From positions 617,411 to 648,730 of the forward strand of contig WELB01000018.1 in NCBI GenBank assembly GCA_009602725.1: a DNA stretch of 31,320 bases, read 5' to 3'. Under the pieces are notes generated by a model. It saw only the letters and a program-made list of their open reading frames with translations. It ran no database searches and had not been told where the DNA came from. Below are positions 10,017 through 20,642 of the stretch, piece after piece. The position numbers and the translations under genes are program-made. Every line of letters begins with the position of its first letter. Position 1 is the first letter of the stretch. Source of the DNA: Spirogloea muscicola (taxonomy: Eukaryota).

Positions 10017-13000
10017 CTAAGCATCGCTGTACATTGCCTCCTTGATCGCTGCCTTCATCTGCTCCTTGTTCAGCAAGGTCTGCACAAGAATCTGCACCAT
10101 GTAACAGCATGCACCCTCCAGGGCGTCAGTCTCCAACTAAGCGCACATAGATATCTGCAACTTTAAGGTAGAAGCATGTAACATACTTGTCAGCATGCAG
10201 CAATCACTCCAAATATACTAAGAAGACAATTTAAGAGAAGGGCTTGAGGACTTCAGGATTGCCAGCAATCTACCTCTTGAACCTGCTGGCCTGAGCGTGC
10301 TAGCAGCTTGAAGCCATTGTCCAGCTGCTCCGATAGGTACACCTGTAGATTCCCAAAATCAGAGCAGGTTGTTGTGCACCACACTGGCTCACTTATAACT
10401 GTGTAAAAGATGCAATGTTATCAAGTACAATGTGTGCAGCTACACTGTTTGCAGTAATCCGCAGCTGCAAGAGATCCACATCCTGCGGCATACGACACAG
10501 CTATGCCAAGGTGAGAGCCTTGCACAGAAGCAAAAGCTCACCTGGAAGGAGGTGGCCAGGGACGAGGCACGCAGGCTGCGGCCAAGCGCCACACTCACAA
10601 TGGCTGGCTGCTCCTGCAGCTTCCGGATGACGGAGCTGACCTCCGGCAAGGGCTCAGCCTGCACCAAGCCAAGTAAAGTACCAAGTTAGCCCTCTGCAAC
10701 AAAGAACGGCTTCAAGACCAAGGGTTCAAGTCTGGACAGGACAGCTACTAACTTCTCTTCATGGACAAAAGCACTGGGCCTAGCGTGCAAGAGGAGGTCT
10801 GACAAAGTTAAGATCATTCTGGCAACATCTCAGCTAGCAGCAAAGTACTCGGCCTAGCTGGCAAGAAGAGGACAGTCTGTCTTCAACTATTGGGTAATAG
10901 AAACGTCAAACAAACAAATTACCTACCTGGGCTGACGCTGAGGGCTCCAAGCTACTGGAGAACCACTCCGCCGTTTCAGACGGTAATCCAACAAGTGATT
11001 CAAGCGTCTCCATAAGTGGGTCAGGCTGCAGGCCATGACAGAAGCCTTTGGTCAAGATGGAGCCCATGGCAATGTGAAGCGCAAGCATCCTGGTGTACTG
11101 CAAGAAGAGGCCCACTCTTGCAAGAAGAGAAGATTGGATGTGGGAACCCAGCCTTCAGCTTTGCAAGTACAGAGCCGGTCGTGCATTGATCAGAGTCGTC
11201 ACTACTTTGCATCTCTGCTGCTATTATTGCTACTGCTCAGGAGGACAGATAGAAACACATATCTAGCAAAAGCTGAAAGACATTGAGTATGACAACATCT
11301 TGTTGACGACTGTATATGCTAGTCCACATGTCAGCTTCACATGGTCACTCATCAGACCTGCAGCTGTTTGAGTGACAGGTTGATTCGAGACGTTTGGAAG
11401 TCTAGCTTGCACACCATCGCTTCAATCTCCTGTGTATGTGCGTGAGCGGAAGGAAGGCAAGGCCAAAGAACACATCAGCGCGCCAGCTAAATCATAAGTG
11501 CCTTAATATGACAGTTATGATGGTCTAGCTCCTCCTCAGCTTGGGTAAGGTCTGTCATACCCTGAATCTTATGAACAAGTCCACTTAATTTGCAACAAAC
11601 CGACTCTCGCCCAAGAAGAGGGCGTCAGGAGCAGGCTGCACATGCCCAACTTTGCGCATCTGGTCGAGCAGAGAAAATGCTCGCCTGGCCGATGCTGAGG
11701 AGTGTCGTGGGATCCTTTGGCTTGCTCCACGACAGCTCCGAGCTGTGAATCATGGCCGTGACACCTTGCAGCTGCAGAGCGCAAGGAGCATGCACATGAC
11801 ATTAAGTCGTGTTTCACCTCAATCAAGGCCTTATGAAAGCCGTCATGGTGTCGGCGCTTGTTCCACATGAGCAGAAGCTGCTGAATTGGTTATTGATAGA
11901 GGACTCAAGGTGGCGCCTACCTCCACAAACACGCCGTACTGAGTGATGACAGTCACGCGGCACGATACTGTGTCGCCATCCTTTAGGCCGGCCTGGATGG
12001 AAAGGAAAACAACATAGTGAGCTATCTCTGCCCGAGGAGGTTCGCTCAATCCAACAGGCAGTGAAGGCCAGCATTGCAGTCTTCAACCGATAGTTGATAC
12101 TTGCATAGTGTTCACCAGAACTTCTTGCTTCTTCTGAAGCGACTCGCCCGTCTCTGACTCGGTGGCCTTCTCGGAGATGATCAGCTGCCTTCGCTGCCTG
12201 TTCACGGTCTTTACCTTCAACTTCACTTTCTGAATCATCATCAGACTACAAATAGTCAGTATATGAGGTCATGTATGTACACCATGTAGCGTACAGATGA
12301 CTATTTATTGTACCACATATTGCTCAATCAACTCTGATGAACGACTGATGATTTGTGATAATGGGATTATTGCAGCACGGAGGGACACCAGCCTCCAAAC
12401 AGAACCGTGTATTCCAGTGTCTTGCATGTAGGGTATGTGTTCATTGGACTTGAAATTGCTGAGCTTGCACTGCATCTAGTTGACTGACTTCCAAGAGCTC
12501 AAGGAGCTCAGCTCAGAATAGCTAAGAATTTGTAGCACAAAGTGGACTAATTACCTGGCCAACATGCGAGCTCAGGTGCTTCAGTCGCTCTTCCTTGTAC
12601 TCACGGCGGAGCTCCTCTTGCCGCTCCACTGGCACGGCCTCAGGCTGTGCGGCATCCGCTGCAGCGTCGACATTCTGGGGGCCGGCAAAGGCGGCGGCTC
12701 CCTTGTCGCCCATCGGCTGGACCGCCCACGCCATGTCCAGGCCCTTGAGCCGGCCCCACCTCTCCAAGCTTGGAAGCCGCTTGCTCGCCGCCAGCTCCGA
12801 GGATGGTAGGAAAGCGATAAGTGACCCAAACAAGACCTGTAACAAGGGATAGCCGCAAATGACTTGGCTTCCATTGGTGACCAAAAAGTCGCAACCATGC
12901 GAGTGTCATGGGAAAAGCACAACAAAACAATTGGCAGAGCTTGCAGACTTATAACGGGTGTTTACAGAGTTTGTCCTAGTATGACTCGCCACATGCTTGG

Positions 13001-13245
13001 ACATGCCTATGAGTAATATCCTGACCCTTGGTGCTCAAGTCTTGGTTACATTGCCACTTACACAGCAAATTAGCAGAGCCCAACTAGCAGAGCCAACAAT
13101 GCATCAACTCATGGACTTTGAGGCGATACCAGGCAGGAGATTCACAGCAAGTGAGGAGGCTCACCAGCAGGCCACCACTATTGCAACCAACAACCTCCGC
13201 CTCCTCAACAACACCAGACGCCAGTAGGGCCTCCGCCCGAGCCCA
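10017..13245 (-). CDS. SDP: S1-domain RNA-binding protein, most like Arabidopsis At1g12800/SDP. Exons 13165-13245, 12555-12836, 12116-12229, 11921-11992, 11685-11771, 11358-11429, 10927-11025, 10542-10658, 10274-10342, 10017-10091; 5' part not found
   Basis: The spliced product reads WARAEALL..CNSGGLLVLFGSLIAFLP..; S1 repeat LKDGDTVSCRVTVITQYGVFVELQGVTAMIHSSELSW..RINLSLKQLQPDPLMETLESLVG; C-terminus LATSFQVYLSEQLDNGFKLLARSGQQVQEILV. All exon lengths are multiples of 3; one intron uses a GC donor. Confidence 0.85.
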
Positions 13246-13269
13246 CTGACAGGCGCATGCGATACACCT

Positions 13270-13410
13270 GCGCGAGAGAGCCTGCTCATTCAAATCCGCC
13301 TGCTCCCCGTGGTACCGGCGGGATACAGCGCTGCGTGAAAGCTGGTGGAGAAGCTCGAGCCACCGATCGCCAAACGCCCCGTGAACGTCGATGGCGAGCG
13401 GGAAGGACTC
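13270..13410 (-). mobile_element. Fragment of the RLE-type LINE endonuclease region
   Basis: FPLAIDVHGAFGDRWLELLHQLSR is homologous to FFPSATDIYGGYGLKWSSLLHRL (~14690) and LLPAAIDTFDCLGPRFHTLL (~24315). Confidence 0.65.
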
Positions 13411-14079
13411 GTCCTCCCTATGTTAGCGCTTTTCGGCCCCTTCGGACCTTACCCATCCTCTCTGGCTTTTCGCAGCCCTTGGCACCTTTGGAGGAGCTTC
13501 CTTCCTTAAAACTTGGTCTTTCTGATCAAGACCGACCTTTCGAACGCATTGCCGGCTCTGAGAGAGCATCTCCTTCGTACAGGTCACCCGAGCCTCAGAG
13601 TAATGTCATATTTAGGCTGGCCCTCTGAAGTGCTACTTCTTCTTCTACTGTCATGCCAGAGGACGTCAAAAAGGCCCGTACACTCCCAATTGCTAACGCA
13701 GCATCTAGGACTGGAGAGATACCGTGTGACAATCCTTCATCGAAAACAGATCCCTTCTCCGAGCTGACTAGAAAGAACGATTGAGAACAAGTAACGACAG
13801 ATGCTTGCATGAAGTACACTACAAGACCAGGAACAGTAGTCATCGAGTTATGGACTGTATGATGTCGAGCTTAAAGCTGTGGTGCACCCAATTTGCAACC
13901 CATTTGCAACCGGGCCAGTGAAGGAGGACAGATAAGCGAGTAACAGTGGCTGGTCAAATACTGATAAGAGCTCTTTCCAAAGAGGGTAATCGCTTTGGAA
14001 TGCCATCGTAAAATGACGACGTCCAATCCTAGCATTCCGTGACATACATCAACGAGATCCCTCAGAGGCATTGAGACTA

Positions 14080-15200
14080 GTGGCCGACAACCAAAGATAC
14101 TCTCCAAAACATGAAGAAGTCTCCTTGCAACAAAGGGGGCGAGGGCTGTGGAAAGCCAGCCCAGAAAGAATGGGCAAGGTTCATAGGGCCGAAAGGCGCC
14201 AAAGACGCACAGCTTACCAAGAGACCCAGAGAGAGGTCGCTCGATAATTGGACCGATAAAATGGGACAAGCGCGTGGTGCACAATCTAAATACAAGCAAC
14301 ACATTGTGAACGAAATTGAAAGGAAGGCCAATTCGAGCCTTACAAAAGTTCTAGCAATGGGTCAATAAGCTGACTAAGGGGGACACTAGTAGCCTCGAGT
14401 GAGCACGTACATATCTGACAAGCTAAGCTTAGGAGCCAGACCGCCACCACGGAAGCCATTAGCCTGGCCCAGTGCGCGCCCAGCACGCTGATGTATCGCG
14501 AGTGCCTAGGAGGGCTGCAGACTGAATAATAGCTGCATTTTATAGCAAGCAACGATTGCTTGCGGGACGCTAGAATGTCCTAAGCTACCCGCCTGACTAC
14601 GTCGGCGGGCTTTGACAAGTTGTACCAGGCGATGGAGGAGGGAAGACCACTTCAATCCGTAGCCGCCATAAATGTCCGTGGCGGATGGGAAGAAGAAGTC
14701 GCCTCGCCCCGGGGTGGTCTTTACTATGTCTCTGCTTCTTCTCCTCCGCATGATGCGTAGCCCAAACTGGCACAGTCGGCGTGGGTGCCCCTGGTTGGAT
14801 TGTATCGATAAGAACAACGTCAAGGAGGAGACGAGGCTCGGAGGGGTGGAAATTACATCCAGACGTCTGATGTAAGGTCTGCCGCAATCCTGGAGTGCCG
14901 GCATGATGCCCGGCACCTCCATGGCCGAATGGTAACCTGCCTCGCGCATAAAGCCATACAAAGCGTCACTTAGAAAGTTGTGGGGGGCATTACGTTCACC
15001 TCCCTCCACACATCGAAGCACGTGAGCTGCCAACGAGATCTCGTCCTCCGAACGATGGACATTCACACTGGCGGATGCTCGCCAAACAAAGTGGGGGAAA
15101 GGCCAAGTTGGTGGTGTACGGCCTTCCGAAGGAGGTCGTCGGAGAGCAAAGGGACTCGTAGATTGGCAAAGCGTTGAGCCACTCCAACGCCCCCGGAGAG
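14080..15200 (-). mobile_element. Longest degenerate copy of the RLE-type (CRE-like) non-LTR retrotransposon: zinc-knuckle remnant, PD-(D/E)xK-like endonuclease, ...YVLTRGY* and 3' UTR
   Basis: EWLNALP; HVLRCVEGGERNAPHNFLSDALYGFMREAG..E; RRLDV; LLDVVLIDT; AEEKKQRH; FFPSATDIYGGYG; stop TAG at 14386-14388; stem-loop near 14142-14162. Several frameshifts. Confidence 0.8.
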
Positions 15201-15214
15201 CTTATTGAGTGAAG

Positions 15215-15627
15215 ACGAAGTTGGAAGGGCGACGTTCAGGTGCTCTCGTGGTCGGCGCGGTTGTACGCAGCCAGCAGCAGCGGTAGTAGTGGTCCATTTG
15301 TCATGCTTGGCGTTGACGTCACTTGGCGACCATGTCTTTGACTGTGCGGTTGAGCCATTCCGCGAGCACGTCTGTTTGCAGGTGGTAGGGCGTCATGAAG
15401 GTCAGCCAGACCCCCCAGCTCATTGCACACCCGCTCCATAATTTGGCCGTTGAATTTGGTGCCGAGGTCGTCAGGAGCCGCCGGGGACACATGTGGTGAC
15501 ACAACACGTCGCGGATGAGGAACTTGACCACGCTGTCGGCGGTGGCGTTTGGCAAGGCTGCCCCGATCACCCAGCGGCTCAGGTATTCGGTTGCCAGCAC
15601 AACGTACTTGTTGCCCCGTCCACGGGC
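15215..15627 (-). mobile_element. Ty3/Gypsy integrase catalytic core fragment
   Basis: RGNKYVVLATEYLSRWVIGAALPNATADSVVKFLIRDVLCHHMCPRRLLT..TPYHLQTDVLAEWLNRTVKDM..AYNRADHEST..SPF. Confidence 0.85.
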
Positions 15628-15655
15628 ATCGACAAGTTGTGCCCGGCGATGGAGG

Positions 15656-15970
15656 CAAGACCGTTTCATCCCATGGGCCATGGACATTTATGGCGGCTAC
15701 AAAACGAAGTTGTCTTTCCTCCTCCATCGCCGGGCACCACTTGTTGATGTCCGCTGACATAGTCGGGCGCGTAGCTTAGGGCATTCTCGTCCCGCAAGCA
15801 ATCGTCGCTTGCTACAAAATTGCGGCTGTCATCAAGTCTGCAGCGCTCCCGGGCACTCGCGATACACCAGCGTGCTTGGCGCGCAGTAGGCCAGGCTAAT
15901 GGCTTCCGTTTGGGTGGTCTGGCTCTTCAGCTTAGCTTGTCAGATATGTATGGCTACGTCGTGGTATTGT
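15656..15970 (+). mobile_element. Second copy of the LINE endonuclease tail, inverted relative to 14400-14700
   Basis: DRFIPWAMDIYGGYKTKLSFLLHR..; the segments gtcccgcaagcaatcgt..gctacaaaat and ggccaggctaatggcttccgt match the reverse complement of 14410-14680. Confidence 0.8.
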
Positions 15971-16210
15971 TGTCCCCCTTAGCCAGCTCGTTGCCCCGTT
16001 ATTAGGGCTTTGGAAAGGCTCGAATGTTGGCCTCCCCCTTCATCTTCATGCGCACCGCGCGCATAATTTCCGACCCGGCGGCCGGCCGCGTCGGGCAAGA
16101 CGACCGACCCGTGGGTCCAGGCTCCGTGGGTCCAGGCAGCCTGTTGGGACTGGCCGACCCCGCCGTGCGCAACCCCGGGCCTTGCGAGCCACCCTTTTCC
16201 CCGTTTCACA

Positions 16211-16506
16211 ATGATGGAAGATGCCGTGGGCGGCGTACCTTGCCGCCCACCACGACCGCCCCCTGGGATTCCTCAAAGCCGTGGACAAGCTGCGCGCCGC
16301 CTGCTACTGTCCGCGGATGCTCCGGAATCCACAATCACATCGCCAGTTGCCTCGCGTGCCGCACGCGCAAGGATCCACAGGCGGTGCACGCTCGCCAGTT
16401 GCTCCGCGTACAGCACGCGCACCACAGGCGGGCGCGCTCCAGTCCATCGCGGTGCGGGCGCCGTTCGAGCTGGTGGCGTGCGACATCATGGGCCCCTTCC
16501 CGGCCC
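16211..16506 (+). mobile_element. Ty3/Gypsy integrase N-terminal zinc-binding region and start of the core
   Basis: AAHHDRPLGFLKAVDKLRAACYCPRM..HIASCLACRTRK..GALQSIAVRAPFELVACDIMGPFP, with frameshifts. Confidence 0.8.
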
Positions 16507-16511
16507 CGGAA

Positions 16512-16549
16512 CCTCAACCCTAAACACTAAACCCTAGACCCCAATCCCC
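16512..16549 (+). repeat. Degenerate plant-type telomeric (CCCTAAA) repeats including a telo-box AAACCCTA at 16529-16536
   Basis: cctcaaccctaaacactaaaccctagaccccaatcccc. A second AAACCCTA lies at 16978-16985. Confidence 0.55.
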
Positions 16550-16689
16550 GACGACGGCGAGATGCCTCCAGGATATTGCGCCGCCGCGCCTGCCATTGCG
16601 TGGCGGCGGCGGCGGCGACGTCGGCGGCGACTGGGGCGGCGGGCGACTGGGGAGCAACCGGACTCGGCGGGCCCGCAGGTGATGAGAAG

Positions 16690-16910
16690 AGCAAGGGCCA
16701 ACAGCCCTCCAGTGGCTCTGGTCAGGGGACCCACTTCCAGGAGCCTAGCATCTCTGATCTGCGGCTGCTTAGCAGGGGCTACTGAGTGATTCGTCGCTGC
16801 TTTGTGCTTGTTTTTCTTAGCGCTTCCCCTGGCCCCTCGTGCTTTGTTCATCTTTTTTGGGCTGGCTTTTCCAGCCCCTATCCTCAATGGGCGAGCACTT
16901 TCTTCTTCCA
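16690..16910 (+). mobile_element. LINE 3' end (...SISDLRLLSRGY* plus 3' UTR with stem-loop)
   Basis: ctgcttagcaggggctactga (stop at 16785); gggctggcttttccagcccc at 16859-16878. Confidence 0.75.
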
Positions 16911-17120
16911 GTGTCTGATAACCCCAGCCCGGCGGCGCGCCCTAGCGCCCGACGGTCTGGATCTCAAGGATCGACCCAAACCCTACGGTGGAGATCCAAT
17001 CGATCTACCAACCCTGGGTTAAACCCTGGGCCCTCCTAAACCTCGCCTACCACTGTCCGTTATGAGCATCCCAAGGCGCTACAACGCAGCTCCACACAGG
17101 ACAGCTAGACCTAGACCATN

Positions 17121-18485
17121 CCGGGCGCGGCTCGCTGCTGCCTGGTCCTCCTCCGCGGCCGCGGCGCCGGACTTCGCCGACGCCGCCGCCGCCGACGGCG
17201 GCGGGGACGGCGTCACGCTGACGGCCAACTGCGTGCGGGTCAGCCGGCCTGCCTCCCCAGAACTCCCACCGCCCCGCCGTTGTCAGCTGCTGAGCCTGAG
17301 CTTCTAAAGCTGGTCTGACGTCAAGCGCCACGGCTGCCTCCCCTTTCGGAGCTCCCCCGGCCCCACGTTTCTGCAGTCTCCGTCTTCTCCTTCTCTTCTC
17401 TCTCCTCCCCTTGTCACCCACCTAATTGTCCGATCAACCACTTGCTTGCGTTCCTTCCGAGCCTCTGGCTATAGACAGGGGACCCGCTACCCGGAGACTA
17501 GCATCTCTGACCTGCGGCCGCTCAACAGGGGATGTTGAGCACCCAATGGCAACTTGAGTCACTGTGTGCTTTAGCGCTTTCCTGGCCCCTTCGACTTCAG
17601 TTCATTCTTTTTTCTGGGCTGGCCGATCACAGCCATCGCCCCCTACTGGAAGAGTCTATGTTCTCCTCCTTTCGAGCTGCTGCGGCCCAATTCGCCTGCT
17701 GGCTTGTCGGGGCCTCTTAAGCTCCTCTGGTCGCTGTGCAGGCCGCCGAGCACAAGCCAGATAGCCGTAGGGGTTTGTGCTTGTTCCGCCTCGCTCTCCT
17801 TCCTCACGTCACTTGAGCTGCCCGCCTTGCTCTGGCGCCCGCAGCGTCTGCAGGACATCCGGCAGGGGGAGGGCGAGCGCGGGAAGGGCCTCATGCTGCG
17901 GCTCAGCGTCGACGGCGGCGGCTGCTCCGGCTATCAGTACGCCTTCTCCATCGACGACCGGTGCAACGAGGGGGACAGGTGAGAAGATTGCCGATACTGG
18001 CCACAGATGGACGGGCTCTGAGCCAGCGCATGGCTGCATGTAGTGCCAGGTCTAATGCTACGATTCCTTAATATCTCTTAACATATAGGACAAACAGGGG
18101 ATTTGCTAGGCTGGGCCTGAGTTTTGTTCAAGCTGACGAAGCAGGGTGTTCTCGCGGGACGGTGCGGACCTCATCGTGGACAGCATCTCCCTCCCTTATG
18201 TACGCGGAGCCACCGTGGACTTCACCGAGGAGCTCATTCGTTCCTCTTTCACAGTGAGTCTCGAGAGTTGTCATATCACGCAGGGCAGGCAGCTGCCAAC
18301 ACCATCAGTGTCCCTCCCTGCGCCAGGGCTGTAACCTTAAGTTTACTACTTTGGGACAACGCGGAAGCCTAGAATCTGCATTGATGACCAAGCAAGACAC
18401 TGTGCGTGCGGTGCTCCTGCAGGTCGTTGCAAATCCCAACTCAACCTCCTCTTGCAGCTGTGGAGTGTCATTTGCATCCAAATAG
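17121..18485 (+). CDS. ISCA2: Iron-sulfur cluster assembly protein IscA-like 2 (HesB/A-type carrier, probably mitochondrial). Exons 17121-17238 (start lost at the N join), 17845-17978, 18145-18253, 18423-18485
   Basis: [91 protein letters not shown]. The three conserved Cys are present and all introns are GT-AG. Confidence 0.93.
17480..17690 (+). mobile_element. LINE 3' end inside ISCA2 intron 1
   Basis: ctagcatctctgacctgcggccgctcaacaggggatgttgagcacccaatggcaacttgagtc..ttagcgctttcctggcc closely resembles 16745-16790 and 25668-25805. Confidence 0.75.
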
Positions 18486-19935
18486 GAGGCTGCACGCGAT
18501 CTTGGCCCCTCCCTTGTCTCCTTTACAGTTGTTGCATCAACTGTACTGCCCGTATGGTAGGTGTGGCGGCAGGTCGTCATGGTGCACAACAGGCGCTAGT
18601 GCAGTGAGTGACTGCTAGTGCCGGAAATATGTGTATACAGACCGATGCTATTTAGGACCCCATGTATAGCTGCTGGACTTGGTGGAAGCCAAGGCCTCTG
18701 GGGGCAGCCTGTGTGACATTATGCCGGCTTCTCCACCATTTGCCTTTGACTAGAGATGTAGCTCTGATTGTAGAACAATGTTCTTCGAAGAGCCCTGTGT
18801 GAGGTCAGTTGAGTACGTTCATGGATCTGCGGCCTCGTTAGCTTGCTGCAAGTTGAACTTTGATTCATATGTTGGACGCAAGCTGGTATGGAGAACTCTT
18901 GAGTTATAAGAAAGTATATTATCTGTGTCCAAAACAGCGGAGATATTGAAGTTGTTTTACACAAGCCAAGGCAGTGAGCTGCCACGTGGCTGCAGTGCAT
19001 CAATAGGTGCAACATAGCTAGTGAGTGACTAATGTCGTGCTTGTCGTGCTTAACACTCTTTTCTTTCAAAATGTCATATTGAATGTCGAGTAGGGCCAAC
19101 AGCACCAGCACACACAGAGAACACGAGCAGCTCTGATTGAGCTCCAGCTCCACTACTCATCGCCGATTGAGTCTTGTGCTTGATGCAGTAGAGCAGCTTT
19201 CTGAATATAGACACTGGTGTGTCAAGACCAGCCCAGAGAGAGGAGAAGCAGGCAAGCAATGCTTGCCACAAGGGCATCTTTGTCATTAGCGGAGGCTATG
19301 CAGCGTAGGCAACAAGTATTCAGGGGTGAGTGACCGTGAGAGTTACTCATCTTGACCGCAACCTGCAATTTAGTAGGCTCCATAGGTATTGGCCTTATGA
19401 CGAAATGCATGACAGGGTGTGGGCAAGCGTCTGTTATCTGGGGGCTTTCGTGGTTCCTACTTCTGCATCTATGGCTTAGCAACGTGTCTAGCTATTTGAA
19501 GTAGCTAGACAGCTGCGCCAGCAGCAGTTTTGCGAGGAATCTGCCACCTCTTAGCTTAAGGGCTTGCTTGTTGTCAACAGGTATCTGCATCATTCTTTCA
19601 CCGTTTCGAGCTTCTCACGCAAGTAACATCCTCCATAATTCTGCAAATTCGTGCCTTTCTATAACGTCGGGCAACAATTCATGAGCAGAGAGGTTCTCAC
19701 CCCGTTAAGTTATGTGCGTCGACAGTTGAGAGAGTGGCCGAGAGTGCATAGAGTAGCGCAAGCTTGATCTGCTAAGCTTAATCGCCTTCTCCTTGCATGG
19801 GCGAGGTCCGCACGCAGAAATTCAGCTTACAAGGAGGCATATCGCCCGACAATGGACACAATGGCCAAGTTGAACTCTAGAGCGCTGGATTTAGAGCGTA
19901 CGTCTGCCTCCTGCCAAGGCCGCTAGACTCTACAT

Positions 19936-20015
19936 TCAGTATCCACGGGTGAGCAACAGCAAGTCAGAATAACTCGAAGCTGGGAAAGAAGCACTCCGCC
20001 GAGACCCTGAGGTGG
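19936..20015 (-). mobile_element. LINE ORF tail (SGSRRSASFPASSYSDLLLLTRGY*)
   Basis: The peptide is almost identical to the one at 5295-5369. Confidence 0.75.
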
Positions 20016-20419
20016 CAGAAGGGCTTGGATTTAGAAAGAAATTTGAATCTGCCATCTGGTTTTCAGGCATCGATTGGCGACCCTTATGTGTTGACCCGTG
20101 GTCACTGAGCGGGTCAAGCTTGCAGTGGGTGATGTAGGTCATCAGATGTGCTAGCCTTTGTACTTGGCCATTTTGGCCTCCGATTGTTGTTTCAAATACA
20201 CGAACAAGAAAGACGCTTCCAGGACACGAAGAGCTCTCTCCCTTCGGACCTTGTCCACCCCATTGTGGGCTGGCCTTCCACACAGATGAGTATTCCACAG
20301 CAACCGCCCGCTTTCGGACCAGCTTCCTATTTGCTTTTCGCGGAGGCGTGGGCCATCCACTGGCATTGAAAGCGTGTTACGCTAGTCTTCGAAATGTGAA
20401 GTGCTGCGGAGGCGTCAGA

Positions 20420-20505
20420 GAGCGCCAAGTGGACTGACGTCATCAGCCACGGGGATCCTGGAGCCCGCCACCTGGTTGCCACGTAGGACGACGCAGTGAC
20501 GTCGC
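20420..20505 (+). promoter_or_regulatory. ACGT-core motif cluster upstream of DJ-1 paralogue A
   Basis: TGACGTCA at 20435-20442, GCCACGT at 20478-20484, TGACGTCG at 20497-20504. Confidence 0.4.
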
Positions 20506-20642
20506 GCCCGAACCGCCCGGCACTGCCACACTGCACCCTCGCCTACGCCCAGCCCCCCTCCGCCCGGCACGCCGTGAACTGCGCCGGCAGCGGCGGCGGA
20601 GGCGGCGCAGGCGGCGGCGGCGGCGGCGGNGTCCCGCCAAGC

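Noticed and set aside
16940..17060. Telomerase RNA candidate, because of template-like AAACCCT motifs
   Set aside because: No USE/TATA promoter, Pol III terminator or pairing of G-rich and C-rich ends could be seen.
18700..19930. Short ORFs between ISCA2 and DJ-1 A
   Set aside because: No motifs and no consistent splice pattern.
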